DNA of 64,000 bases from Pseudovirgaria hyperparasitica (GCA_010093815.1 ML996575.1); one strand, 5' to 3'. Shown: positions 11,719 to 26,200, numbered from the stretch's first letter. The notes: a model not told the origin generated them from the letters alone. A program made the numbers and translations.

Positions 11719-14147
11719 AAGAACTTGTGGGAGGAATTAGAGGTCTTCTTGATAGACTATCTGAAAAATGGAATGGATGGAAGTATCTTCAATTCGATCT
11801 TTCCATGGGACGACTTATGCCATAGGATGACCTATGGACAGCTCGGCGGAGAATGATAATTGCTGCGTGATCCACATCTGTATCTGTTTACCATGCCATG
11901 GAGCATCGGGAGAGACGATCGATGCGAGAAGTGAGCTAGTGAGCGATTATCTAGGTTGGTGTGATGAATGGCCTGGTATGTCACACCACACCCCAGTCAG
12001 AGAGAGGGGTTTCGTGCAGCCTGTGATAATGAATGAGCTCTTGAGCAAGACATGGAAGTATTCAGACAGGGAGTCTGATCTCTGGCTTCCACTCTGTCGC
12101 GTCGATTACTAATGTCGCAAGACTGCAGGTGCTTGGCATCAGGAAGTCGTTATAAGGAGCGACTATCGTCCCCAATTTTATGCACGGCGAAGGTCATCTC
12201 AGCAAAACAATTTAATTTTTTGGTTATTTCGTGGGATTGGAATTATGGGGAAGCCTGGATGCATGCGAGTGCTGGGCCAATGAAGGAGGCAGAGAGTGTG
12301 TCTGTTACAGAATGACATTCTGATGGGTACACTGGGGCGGAAGTGCATCCTACGTGCTGACTTGTTTCACAAAAGTTGTTGACATGCCGACGACATACAT
12401 ATCATCTAGTGCAGCTTCTTGGCCGTTTCTGATATACACATCCACCTCAACCTAAGCAGCAGCACTGTTTGTAAGACACACAGAAAGAGAATATGCGTTC
12501 GCGCTCCTAGGTTCGCTATATTTCGCGGCAACAGAGCTGGCATTTTGGTTCTGTAACTGGCTGTATTGTGCCCAGTGCTGAGTCTCATCATCATCCTCTC
12601 CTCGTAGTGACGCTTCGGATGCAGATATTCAACTGCTGGTGAAAATCTCATGATGAAGATCATCATCACTCACTGTGCAACTCGTCGGCCACGGACCGCA
12701 TTTTGTGATCGTGTGGCAGAAGCACGACACCAGTCATGGCACCAGAGATGCACCAGAGCATGGAACTAGAGCTTTGGTGGATATCATCACTAATGTTACG
12801 CCATTTGTAGCAAAGAGCAGAAAGAAAGAAATATGCAATGAAAGTAAGAAGAAGTATCAGAGGCGCTCAATACTTATACCCTAAGCACACGTATCCACAT
12901 GCCACTCACCGACCTCAAGAATCACCTGTAACTACCCAGACAACTGTCTCCTCCCTCTTACCCGGCACATCTGCTGTTCGCCTACCTGTCCTTTAAATAT
13001 CCACCTTCCCTGCAGCCAGTTCGTTCGCCTTCACCACAGAACACAACACTGTGTACTCTGGAGGCCAGGGACAAATTTAATGTGCGTGTGTTCGACGTAT
13101 CTCACAACAAACAGGAAAATAATGGTCTGTCTGGCGTCGCTCTGTGCTCTAGACGTGGTCTGTCATATCCACTCGACGGAAACCGGCGATGGAGAATATG
13201 TTGTATGGTGGTGATGTAGTGCATCACGGACGTGCGGTGGTGGTGGTGATGATTGTGTGCTGTGTAGGTCGGCAGATGCGAAGGGTTTGTCTGTATGGCT
13301 TGAAGGTAGGAGGTGCAGTATGTGCAGACGTGGTATAGATGTATGGACTTTGATATCTCGTTACCTGATACCGTTCCATCTCTACACAGACTCACCATCT
13401 AGCATGTCCATCCACGCACTCAACACCCATCCAACGCAATCAACATAGCACACGGGACCATACACTCAGCTCATCCAAGGTCCATCCATACACACCCATC
13501 CCATCCCAACCAGCACCCACTCCCTAAACACACGCATAACACCTCCGTGGCGTCAAACCCAAGCCAATCGAAAAGAAGCCCCTACACAAACCACGCCACA
13601 TGTCGTCAGTCCAGTCGGCAACAGCCACAAGTGTCACGCACGCACGCACGCACGCACATACTGTATGCATCCGCCGGAGATGGGTGGTGTGGGGAGTATG
13701 TACAAGTACAGTACTGTACAGTACTAAGCCGTACTAAGCCGTACCAACGCACAGCGTAGCGCTAATCGTTCGTGCGAACGGCATAACGGTCCACGGTCAG
13801 CGATGGATATGTAGATGAATGAATGAATGGACGGATGGTTCGAGGACAATGAATACGGCTGTGCAGGAGATGTTGGCAGTGCGTGCGTGGTATTTCGTAT
13901 ACGATTCCCGTCTATCTAGACCAGAACGACACATTACTGTGTGTACGCCGTCATGCTGGAATATACCCACCCCCACATACACATCCCCACATCCCACACC
14001 CCTCCCTCTCCCAAGTCCAGACCGCGGATGAGCCCCTCCTAACTAAACCCACACATAGAAGTATCCATATCCACAACCCGCGGCCGCTGCAAAAGCCCGC
14101 GATCGGCGTCTGTAGTGCGTGCTTGCATGCATTACTGTACGTAGGTA

Positions 14148-14200
14148 TGGATGGATGGATGGATGGATGGATGGATGGATGGATGGATGGATGGATGGAT
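14148..14200. repeat. (GGAT)n microsatellite
   Basis: About 13 GGAT units. Similar tracts occur at ~16086-16117 and (CCAT)n at ~56807-56840. Confidence 0.9.
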
Positions 14201-15515
14201 GCAATATGCGCCCACCCAGCTTCCCTAAGGAACCGCGACTACTTGGGGATTTACCTACCTGTAGGTTGCTTGGTTGATTGATGGAGTGAGTGAGTGAGTG
14301 AGTAACACCAAGACTGAGCTCGAGCGTAGATTACAGGATTGGAGATGGGGCTGGGGCTGGGATGGCGAGGTTTGGCGAGTAGTTAGAATAGCCACGAGGA
14401 TTCATTATTAAAGCTGGAAGTAGGAGTAGGGGTAAGAGTAGGAGGAGTATATTGATATGAACCATGTCTCATACACGAGCGGGTATGCATGTATGGATAT
14501 GCTGCTGTATGTGTATGTGTGTACTATATATCGGAGATGCGCACGGAGAGTCGATCGGGGAGTCGGCCGCGTCACACTCCCCGCGGAATGGTAGACTTGT
14601 AAGGTAGCGACTTTACAAACAGTGCAAGGGACGCTAAGGTGTGATTGTCATGTAGTAAGTAAGCTGTTGGATAGGTATGTAGATATATGTAGACATGTAG
14701 GCATGCACCAGAACTGCACGTAAGGAAGGGCCATGCAGTCATTCATTCCAGCAGTCCACAATGAGAAATCAGGGAGTCGAGTATTCATGCGAGTATGCCA
14801 GAGCGCGAGTCTAATCAGACAGGAACCGCGAATTCGGGACACCATGCACAGAGAGCTCAGAGAGAGACGTAATATAGTAACGGGTATGGATGTAGATGGC
14901 ACGTCAAGACCCTGTATGGAGTGTACGTAGCAGTCAAGGTAACTAGCAACATCCATACGATCGGCGTTTTTCTTCCGTCCTCGTGCGCATGCAGATGGGA
15001 CATGTAGATGGATACCTACCTACAGACGCAGACGCAGGTGCGTGGTATGAGTGCTGAGCTTAAGCATATAAAAGTCCGTCCCGACGCAGACGTTAGTAGC
15101 TGGATGCAGCCGTGTCATGCCAACAGACAAACAGCCCAAGCTATGACTCGAACAAGCCTTTTGACTCCCGCAATCAACGAGTTTTAGAGTTTCACATCTC
15201 CAAGAGCCCCATCCCATCACACAACTCACCCCATCCCAGCACCCGCTCGCCAGGGCTAGCTGGCTGGCTAGCTAGGCCACGCCGAACCAGCGTTTGGCAA
15301 GTCTGTCTGTCTGTCTGTCTGTCCAATGGATGTATCCATACCATAAACCCCCCTTTCGGAGCAGCCGCACGCACTCCTTTCCTCCCTGCTCCGAGGTCGA
15401 CATCACCGGCACCAGGCACCGGGAGTTCCAGCACCCTTCCCACGGTCGCACCTCCGCGGCATCGTAGGAAGCTGCCAGTAGCGGAGGATGTCATATAGCT
15501 TCCTGAATTAAGCGG

Positions 15516-15563
15516 ACTGAACTGGACTGAACTGGACTGAACTGAACCGAACTGAACTGAACT
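15516..15563. repeat. (ACTGA/ACTGG)n pentamer repeat
   Basis: actgaactggactgaactggactgaactgaaccgaactgaactga read directly. Confidence 0.85.
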
Positions 15564-15900
15564 CCAACCCCCCGTTTATCTCTCCGAAGCGGAGTTCTCT
15601 CGGGGCGGGAAACACGGGCAGAGACAGAGCAGCGAGGAAACCAGGGTCAGGGTCAGGGTCCTCCCTTATACCGTGCCGTGCCGCGCTGTGTTATGCTGTG
15701 ATGGATAGTGGTGCCATGGATGGGAATGAATGAATGAATGGATCATAGCTAGCCAGCGGGCTAGCCATGAGGTCTGCGCGTGGGCATGGCGCGCGGACGC
15801 CGATGCAGTGCCTGGATGTGGATGGATCCATAGTACAGACATACATACATGACTGTACGAGCAGGATGGAGTGTACGCATGGGTAGCTAGGTGGTGCTCC

Positions 15901-15940
15901 TACATACATATATACATACATACATACATACATACATACA
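15901..15940. repeat. (TACA)n microsatellite
   Basis: Read directly. Confidence 0.85.
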
Positions 15941-17107
15941 TAGACACGATGCGATGCGATGACATAGACACGATGACATATAACCTATAATTGATGAAAC
16001 GAAACGAAACAAAACAAAACACCGGGCGGCTCGGAGGGATTTTAGAGAGCGGGTTGGAGGAGGGGTTTTCCTTGAACGAACGAAAGGATGGATGGATGGA
16101 TGGATGGATGGATGGACGATTCCCGGTGCAGTCAATTCGATTCAGTTCAGTCCAGTCACTCCAGTCAGGCCTGATGAAATCTTAAGATGTGCTAATTATG
16201 TGCCGTGTGTGATAGTCAAAACATGACGCTGTACTGTGTCGTCTTGCGCAGCAGTGTATATCTGTCTGTATGCTACTACGCATTGCCTCCATCTGTCCAT
16301 TCTCTTTCCCCTTTCAGTCCAAGACCAAACAGGGATCTAAAATGAAAGACAGACAGACAGACAGAGATTGCAAGATTGCAAAGATTGCAAGATTACAAAG
16401 ATGTGATTGAGATACATATACCCAGCTAATCAATCACCCCGGTTAATTAATTACTAGACCCGGCCCCGTCTACAGAAAACAAGCATCAGGCATCAGGCCA
16501 GCATTAGACATCAGGCAGGCATCAGGCAGGCATCAGGCATCAAAGCATTAGGCGACACATTGAGAGACTACAAGCACTAATAGATTACACCTACATAGCA
16601 CACCCCAACCCACAATTTCAAATCTTACATCAGCAGTAATCACACAATCTACCTACCCCCCCCCTAACCCCAAGAGAAATCCCACCTCCAAGCACTTAAC
16701 CCCCCCTCCCCCCCTCTCTCAAACCTTCCCGCCAGGATTCCACGAAATCCTCAGCCACAAAACGTGGTACGGCCGTAAAACCATGCACTTTTGCCCAAAA
16801 AATGTCATCGAGCGACATGTACAGTGTGTGTATGTGTGTATGTGCTGCTGACTGTACATGTTGTGTGTCAGTGTGGTAGGCAGCCTTGGTGCCTTGTCGT
16901 CAGCGAGTTGAGATCCTGCGCAGAGGACAGACGGGAGTAGAGATCGAAGAGCAACCGACCAACCAAACCAAACCAAATCGATACCTACTAATTAGTGTTA
17001 GGTATTGATTGTACTACGACCTAAAGCCAGCGATGTCGTCAACGCCGAAGCGAGCCGGGGGCTTGTCGGTTAGTTAGTTAGGGTAGGTAGGTAGGTACAC
17101 GCCCCAC

Positions 17108-17150
17108 CCTGGGAGCCTGGGAGCCTGGGAGCCTGGGAGCCTGGGAGCCT
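17108..17150. repeat. (CCTGGGAG)x5 octamer tandem repeat
   Basis: Read directly. Confidence 0.9.
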
Positions 17151-18277
17151 GTGAGGTATGTACACTAGGTAGACCAGACCAAGACAGACAGGACAAGACC
17201 AAGACCAAGAGAGAAAGAGAGACAACGAACAGCTATCATACTGTCTCTTCTTCCTCCCAGCATGAAATCACGGAAAGTATTATTTCAAAAGATTGAGATA
17301 TGCAAGGGAACGTTTTTAAGGAGGAAAGTCAAAATTCTTTTGTTAATTAATTAATTACTGTACAGTCAGTCAGTGTAATTAGCTCGCTCTCAATCCATAG
17401 CCACGTTGTTGGCACGCGTGCGTGTAGCTTGGCTACCATTACTCTACTTTCTACTGTACTGTATTGTACCGTACTGTGCTGTGCTGTACTGTACCGTGCG
17501 TAGGTCTAGGCTAGTAGGTCCAGGCTAGGTCCAGTAGTTCCCGGGCGGCTAAGAGTGACTGCCCGCACCTGAGCCTCCCCTTGGCTCCACATCTCAGGTA
17601 GGTGACTGACTCTTCAGTAGGCCTTGGCGCCCACCTCGTCACATTTCTGCAAAAAGTTTGCACACCAAAAAGTCAAAACATCTTTGTGTAATTGGAATTC
17701 CTTGCGAACCATCTATCTCCGGGCTCTGAGCTCAATCGCTACAGCTGCCCATGCCAAGGTACTACTTCTTAGCAACCCCGACTTTTGAAAAGCCCGCAAA
17801 AACATATGTACCGCCATCTGACCCATCCAGCTCGTGGTATCTTTGCACACATTCATCCATGTGTCTAGTCCCGAACCAGGGCCCAGTAGTAGTTATATAA
17901 CTCAAGGAAAATGATTGACTCTCGAAATCGGTCGTCCCTGCAAGGCTGCTCCAGTGGCCGTGAGCTCCGATCCATCGCAATGAAAACAAACAAACGATGC
18001 GCCGTTCGCAATGGACGTTGCCATTGTCAATGTCGTGGTTTTTACTCCTACTTCCCGGTCATGCTCATCAGCCCTAGAAGATGCCCAGCCTCATGTCCTC
18101 AAGTTCCATGGCTCAAGAGTGACTCGTAGAGACCGGTTGTGAGAATATGGTCGCAGAATATAAAAGGTAACAAACTATGCCCCAAAAAGTGGTCGATAAA
18201 AATGCAGAGGCTGCGAAGATCGAAGCTGCAGTACCAATACTATACAAAAAGGATACGAGAGGAAACTGATTCCACTC

Positions 18278-19833
18278 CTACCGGTGCTCGTAGGCGCGGC
18301 TGTTTGCAAACTCTACGCCTTGCATCGCGCTTGGTGGTGGTGGACCCCAGTGTGCATTAGCATGAGCTTGAGGCGGTGCTGCTATCGGCGGTAGCGCTCC
18401 ACCAGCTGGACCATGCGACTGCTGCTGTGCGAGCGCACTCGTCATTTGTCCATAGATGTGAGGGTTATTTGGATCTGCTCGGCGGACGGCTTGCCACAGC
18501 GTCGCTAGTTCGCTTTTCAGCGCTTCGTTCTCTGACCGCATCTGATGAGCATACTCTGCATCAGGCCGCAGCCGAGCATTTTGCTCGCGTATCAGGTCTT
18601 GTGATCGCTGGAGACTTCTGATGTATTCGATTGATTTGGTCAGGATTTCCCATTTGCTTGATTTGCTTCCCGGAGAGTTTGGGAGAATGCCGTTGAGCTC
18701 ATCGAACAGTCCTTTCATCTCACTCCTGCGTTTTCTTTCCGCCATCTTGTGGCTGACACGCAATTCGGGGGTGCGTGAGTAGTTACCGCTCTGGGGGCTT
18801 GCACCATGGTCGGGCTGTAGACTGATCACGGATCGATGTTGCATGGAATGATGGTGAGTCGTGCCAATATCGTCGTCAAACCGCTTCTGTCCGACGGGCA
18901 TGCTTGAGTCATGCGTGTAGACACTGCTGTTTACGGATGCGGCAAAGCTATTTTGACGTGATAGTCTGTGTTCGCTAGAGCTACTCGAGGCCCGTCGTTC
19001 GTCAATGTCGGCGACATCTGGAAAGGCCCAGGCGAAACCTTTGGTCGGTGCCTGCGCTGTTGGATCGGGTGCGCCAGAGACGCCACGAGGTATTGGGCCG
19101 ATGACAGGAGCACGACGTGGTGCGGCATTGCTACGAGGTGTGCCGTTGGCTCGAGGTCCTAGGGGTGATAGTGGCGACATTACATTCTGGCGCGGATCTT
19201 GAGGAACACCACGCTGTTGCTGCAGGTTCGAGACCAAAGAGACCCGTGAAGCGTTCTGGCTTTCGTATGGCGACGAAGGACTGATTGCGAGGTGGTTCAT
19301 TCCATGATTGACGCGACTATCTACACTGCTACGGCGAGATTCCAGGTGAGAAGACGGTATCTCATTGGAGATGGTACTGTTGCGATTTTCGAATCCTTGA
19401 CTGAGAAGAGGCAATCCATTGGGAGGACCAGAAGGGTAACGTGCAGACGATGGCGTCTCTGGCATCGAGTTACGAGCAGGCGAGTCCTCAGCATTCAGAA
19501 TGGTCTGGATATTGAGTCCCGCACTCGTTGAAACGACTGATGAGTCTAGCGGCATCGTTAGCAAGATTGAGGAAAGACTTTTCATCACCGACAAGATGTT
19601 GGTGACAGTGGTGTGAAGATAGTGAGGCGAATGGAGATGGAGAACTTACGCTTGCTAGCGCCTTGCGATAAAGACCAATTGCCGGAGTCTCGTACCTCGG
19701 AGACATTGCGATGATGGAGAGCCGCATTGTTTTGATCATTTGGTGGTAGTCCACTTGTCAGAGCCGAGATGGAAGGAAGCGATTGTTGCGGATGCTGCAA
19801 CTGGGCCGCTGTCTGGTGGCGTCCGTTGTCCAT
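18278..19833 (-). CDS. bHLH transcription factor, S. pombe Esc1 / Aspergillus SclR-like
   Basis: Exon 1 MDNGRHQ...SLPSISALT...RDSGNWSLSQ, then intron 19546-19649 (GTAAGT..GCTAAC..TAG). bHLH domain YSRTPELRVSHKMAERKRRSEMKGLFDELNGILPNSPGSKSSKWEILTKSIEYI followed by a coiled coil. Confidence 0.88.
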
Positions 19834-19978
19834 GGTGCGGAGGTGTTGTGGTAGATGCGAAGAAGGTTGTAGATGACTGTATATAGCAGTGGTGTACGTG
19901 TGTGGGTAGGTGGAAGAGGTGCAGTATGTGTTGCAACTGGAAGAATAAGAAGAAGAAGAATAGGAAGCAAGAATAGTA

Positions 19979-20250
19979 CTAGGACATGGTCAGTATGAAA
20001 GAAGAGTACATGGCAGCGGGAGCCAAAATGTTGAGGAAAGTGATCAATCGGCGACCAGACACGGGGAGAGAGAGATGTTTTGGCGGGCGTGAACGATGAA
20101 GCGAAAGAGGACGGGCAAGTGGAGGAGGATGAAAGCTTAGGTAAAGGCTCAAAGCTCAAAAGCTCAAAGCTTCAACCTTAAGCTCCAGGCTCAAAGCAAG
20201 CTCGTGGGGAAGAAAAACAGCCAAGGAAGGAAGGAGCAGCAGTAGCTTAC
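19979..20250 (-). other. Probable 5'-UTR intron of the bHLH gene
   Basis: Minus-strand donor CAG|GTAAGC at 20250 and branch/acceptor TACTGAC-CATGTCCTAG| at 19979, ~145 nt upstream of the ATG. Confidence 0.6.
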
Positions 20251-23200
20251 CTGTCAAGTATGTGTGTCTGTGTGTGTGTCTGTGTATGGTGCCCGTCGTC
20301 CGTGGGAGGCACAAGACACAAGGTACACAAAGGCACAAAGGCGTTAACCGTCTAGGGAGGTAGAAAGCTCCAACACACTTCCCTTGCACTCAGTCACTAA
20401 TTACTACCCAAAAACCAAACACTCTTCTCACTCCACTCTGCCCAAAAGGCCCTAAAAGGACTAGGATCAGTCAGGTAGAGTAAGTAGTAGTAGGGTAGGG
20501 ATGCGTGTTGGCGCGAACACTGCAAATAATAATGCAATGCGACGGTGCGCACCTGTACCTGTACCCGTACCCGTGCCTAGGTGTGAGTGTGTGTGCGTGT
20601 GTGTCCTGTGCACGATAACAATAAGGGCCCCTCCCTTCCTGTGCGGTTTACGGTATAGACTCAGCTAGGTTGCTGTCGCTCTGCCAAGCCTCCGCAGATC
20701 CGTGCGATCGAAGCCCAAGAACGCTCGTGCCACTGCAAATCACGCTGCTTCTGGCCGCAATCGAGTCTGGCGTGTTACGTGACCTGAGCTTGGCTCTTCT
20801 GCCTCTTGTTACTTGTACGATGTCGTTGGAAAGTCCACTTCCACCGCTATGGATACAGTTGTATTGCGTGCGATGCTTCCGAGAGCCTGGGCTACCTACC
20901 GGTCGGCGATCTGATTGGTGGCTGCGGCTACTGTATCCGATTCCCGCTGTCTAATTCCAAGTGGGATCGCGTGCTGCGCTGGGAAAGCGTGAGATTGGAA
21001 CAAGATGTAGCCGGAAAGGGAACTCGAGAAACGTTGAGATGTGCGGCTCTTCTGACAAAGCAGGAAGGTACTCGCTCGTGTTGAGGAAGGAACAGAGAGT
21101 TGTCGTGTGGAAGTCGTGATTTTTTTTTATGTGAGACGCGTTATTGCCAAGGTTCCAGAGTCTAGAGTCGTCCGTCAGGCGGGGAGATGTCGGCTCTTAA
21201 AAGGACCAGCAATGACTGTCAGGTTGGGACCGATCAGCGTGAACGCACGCACGAAAGCCAAAAGGTGCGTCTACTTCAAATCATCCAACGCGTGGAATTA
21301 AAGTGGAGGCTGACGTTGCGCAACGGATTCGGATCCAGAGGTCAGGCTGCTAATTAATTACCCACGGTCGACGAGCGTAGGCTAGAGACCTAGGCAACGT
21401 GGACCCGAGACAAATCAGAATGAGCGGGCGTCGATAGACAACGAGCGACACAGGCAGGTAAGCCGCAGGGTGTTCGAGGGACCTTGCAGAACGGATCCGG
21501 AGCTCCACGGTTGCGTGCGATACAAGGACGACGAATGCGCGCAGGCTCGCAGCTTTGAACCAAAAAAAAAAAAGAATTGTTTCCAGCGACGGAAACAGTC
21601 GGCGGGTGCAATGTATGAGATGAAAGGACGAGCGCCGAATCAGTGGAGACTGGCGACGAACGATTGGATGACACAACGATGAGTGTAACTGTGCGAGAAG
21701 CAGTTCTGGTCCAGCAGGAGAAGGAAGGATAGTGGAGATGGGAGATGTCACAGAGCTGGCTGCAGAGCGAAGCGTGTATGAGAGTGATAAGTGTGAGGAA
21801 GTAGTAATAGAAAGACAGAGTCGACAGCGAGAGGAAGAAGATGAAGCTGGGATGATCAAATGAGGTTCAGGTTCAGGTATTAGAGGAATTGTAGTGAGTT
21901 AGAGGCAAGTTAGGAAAAGGCAGCGAAGGAGAATAACGAGCGTGCGTCTCGGCGGGTGCGCGTGCGAGCCAGGAGAGAGAGACAGCTGCAGCCAGCCCTT
22001 GGTGATCAAAGAGCCCCCTCCCCCTCTCCGCCTAGGCTAGCTGAATGAACCGTGGAAGGTCAGGCTTGTAAGGTAGTTGTGTGTAGAGAGTATATTAAGC
22101 GGTATTCATGAATGATGTGAAAAGGCACTGATTAGAGACGTTCGCTACCTGATCCTTGAGGGAGGTAGAGAGGGGGGAGGGGGGGGAGGGGGGTTTCTGT
22201 CCAGTCATAAAGCAGGCAGAGTGAGGCACAAACCCATCTCCCGCAGTTTTTGCACGTGGGAGTGTGATCGATGCTCATGTTTCCTTTCAAGAGAGACAAA
22301 CGAGGTCCAGGTAGTTCAGCCAATCATTAGATGTCTGTGTTTTGTTGGTGTGTTATCTATCCCAAACAGTATATAGTTTACACCGGGCTATGCAGCTTTG
22401 GACCGCATGGACGCCCCAATCTTTTTCATATCCACCTACGCTCACAGCCACGGCGGCCACGCTTCTCGTCAACAAGCTACAAGCTATCACAACAACCGCA
22501 GCAGTAGCAGCATCAGTCGTCATTTGGGCTAATCTAATCAATCGCTAATTAGACTTCTACCGTTCAATTCCGTCTTCGTCCTTACAACGCTGTCGGAATG
22601 GCCTCCATGATATCTCCCGCTGTCGTGGCGCTCGCCGGCCTGAGGTCTCTTGAGCGCTGCAGAGACTGGTACAGACCGTTTCGGGCCTTCTGGCTGAGCC
22701 TCCTCCGTAAGTGGACGAAGAGCCGTGGTCCGCTCGCCTGAGATGAGGTCGTTTTGCTTGCTAAAACCAAAAACGATCCTGCTATTACAAGGCCATAAGG
22801 AGCATTTACCATCTATGCTCCGAATCTTGCGCATGTGGGAAACGCTCCGCAACGTTTCCTTGTCAGCTTGAAAAGACGACGCTTGTCTCTCCTCTTCCAT
22901 CGATAGCGCCTCGCGCCCTCCCTACCGAGTTACGAAAACTACAATATCGTACCAACTGACATCTTGCCCATCCTTGGCAGCGCGACAACCCCCATCAATG
23001 ACAAACCGACCCGTGGCCACACCGTGGCCGTGACAGGCGTCACTAGGCGGCGAACGGCTTGCCTGTACACCATCCCGTCGATAAGTAAGACAAAAAGAGA
23101 AGAGGTGGAGGAGCAAGATTTGATGGTTCTGACCCCTCACGTAGCTCGTACGTACGGGTGTCGCCGTGGAAGGCATCCATCGCGCAACCCTTCCACGCTT

Positions 23201-26200
23201 GGTGGCGGATGACGGATGGCGGATGGCGGACAAGCCTTTCATGCAAAGCCTCGTGGCTCCCGCCCGCACTGCGCACGAGATGGATGTGGACGAGGATGTG
23301 TCCCAAACCAGAGCTGACTCGTACGTATGGCGAGGCCCGAACAGTGCTGCGATCTCATTCAAGACTCATCCGCTGATTCGTTCGCTAACTGTCATCTCCA
23401 GGCCCGCTCCGTACCCCCCCAAACCCCCCCTGCTGCCTCCCAAGTGCAAAGCCACTTCACGTTCTTTGACTCCACCGATCTACCAATCTGTCACACGCTC
23501 TACATATCAGTCATTGGTCATGTCAACGCGCATCCCAGTCGGCCCGTATAATAATGACATTCTCCGTGTCTTGACACCACCGGATGCACCGATGTGACTG
23601 AGAAACATTACCATGTACACTATGCACATGCTGTTTACATCTGCCTTTTCTAGTCCTCTAGCCACTAGGCTAACCAGAACACCGGATCACTTGGAGGAAG
23701 AACGATATATCGAGCACAAGTAGCCACTAAGTAGTTAGCTGAAACTGACGTAAGCCTGGACAGAGTCGCCGACACGATTCATTGGCTGCGGACGTTGAGC
23801 CCGTGCTAGGTACAAAGGTACCATGAAGAAGGGCAACCATCATCACATCCCTAGCAAAGTGCCCAGCTAATGGATTATTGTTGATGCTGTCGGCTTACTT
23901 CTACTATCGAGCCCTGGAGCACATGCGCGTATCAAGCACAGTCCTTCCTCTACTCCTCCGATCTTCCCGGATTGCGCAGTGCGTACAAGGCTGCGGGTCG
24001 AGCTAAGGGCTGTAGCTCCTGCCCAAAATACAGGCGACATCCGCCAATCACATGCGATCCTCACAACTAATGTGTTGGTGGTGTGAGTGCTTTGTCTTTG
24101 TTGCTTCGCTGCTCTACAGCGTGTAACAACGTCGACCCACGAAATGCAGCATTCGTTTTACGCCTTGCTGCAATGGCAAAGCTGCACATAATTGCTTCAT
24201 CACACTCAACATGGCACTACAGATCGTCAAAGCATACCCTGTCTACTGCCATCTCATTTCAAATCGTTTAATCGCGCGACTACTCATCATCATACAAGTT
24301 GCTAACACAGCATACAGTAATGTCTCGGAAGCTTTTCCCGAATGCGCACAACATCCATTGTCGTATATATCCGTCTCTTCCTGCCCGTATCTGTCCATGG
24401 TCAATCTTTTGAGCAACATGGGTTGCAACAGTGGGACAGCCCTATCTTGAGCTTGCAATGGATGGGCTTGGTAGGATTAGACACGGTTGGCATCTGCTGT
24501 CCTTCTGTAAATGGACTTGACCATCTGACTGAACATACAACTTGATTCGAACAGCTACTTCGTCCCTGATCTCAAGCTTGCTGGACTCCATTTTGAGTCC
24601 TAGAGATTCGACTCCAGCAATTGGAATCAGTTCTCTACAAGTAATTCAGCTCAACATCCACTGTTGTGCAGCACTGGTGGACCGGATGTCCTGTCAGGAG
24701 CCGCTGTGGTAAATTAGTCACACAGCGAGCCACAAACCATGCATGCACCCGCCGACGGTGGGTGTTTCCAGAATTCTCTCTCCCAGCCATGGATGTGTAT
24801 GCATATATTTTGACGGGTTGACGCCTTCCCATATATCTGCACTTACACCATCGTCCCAGTCTAAGTCTCGTTAACAGTACGACACGTTCGTAGCCCCAGC
24901 TTCCAACAAATCAAACCACGATGAGGAGCGAATATTCTCGTTCACGCTCGCTAGATGTTACAGGTCAGACGCCACGATTGTTGTACGAACTGCTATAGCT
25001 GTTGCAGTGGCTTCGAAGGTACCATCGCCGAAAGCCTCTGCTCGCCGATACCATATCGAATCCGTCGAGCGTTTCTTTGATGAAGTAAGGTTCGCCGATC
25101 AAGCTCATGCAGGTGGATTCATTAGCAGTCGTATCTTTAGGACAGCGTCACTCCAACAGGTCCGTATAGATTTTTCGCGTGATGTCCGCATTGACCGTTG
25201 ATCGCCGGAGTGAATGGAAAGGGAAAATGCGACCTATGGCTCTCAGTAGTGGAGCACAGGTGTCTATCTGATGGTGCTAGCTATAATGGCAGATTTCTGC
25301 TCTATCTTGCCCTGAGGTCATGAAAAAATGGCGCCATCTAAAAGATGGGCGACCAATCAACTCAGCCTGCGACTAAACCGCGGATCTACCTGCCATATAT
25401 ATCGAACCAGGGCAGAATGGAAAATGATTTCAGAAAAGTACAGACATCATGCACTGGCAATCTACGCTGCATCCTAAGGAGGTCTCACGGCAGCCGTATC
25501 ACAATGTACCACGGCTGGACCGCTTCCCCGACTCTCGGATCCAGAGCGAGATGATAGCCTCGAGGGCACGTAGCTTCGAGCCACCGTGTCACGCAAGAGT
25601 ATACTCGCCTTGCACCAGCCAGGAGAATCGACCGGCGACGGTACTTGGAGTCTATCGTTGCTCATCCAGGCACTAGTTACCCCGGATCGAGGACCTTCGC
25701 ACAAGTCTCAGCGTCTGTACATGCATGCGCCGTCGAAACTGACACATGTGTATCTGTCCAACACACGAAGCAGTCTCCATGCTACACTGCCGCGTCTGTA
25801 CGATCTCTCAACGATCTCACGCCCGTGGAACAAGAACGCCTATTAGCACATTCATGATGATCGCCCTGAACGTCCCGTCAGCAAATATAACCTACACCGT
25901 TCCTATGTCTAAGATGAACCGCTAGTCATCTAGGGATATAGAGGTCAGTCATATGTGCTCCGTGTATCAGAATACCTCCTGCAAGCATATTTCACACAAG
26001 TAAACCACTCCACAGCCAGAGAGACAGCTAATCTGCACTGAGAGAGCCCTAGCAACGAATTCTCACCAGTCCACCCACCCGAGCATGTCCAGTTGCTTCA
26101 GCTGACAGCGGTACTTTACATGGCAGACATAACCTCTGAATTACGTTTCTGCTGCTCTAACGTGCGAAGATCTGTCGCTGGGTACAAACTTTATCTCAAT

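Noticed and set aside
16655..16715. CTAACCC near C-runs as telomeric repeat or telomerase RNA template
   Set aside because: Only isolated partial units, with no tandem TTAGGG array and no 1.5-repeat template.
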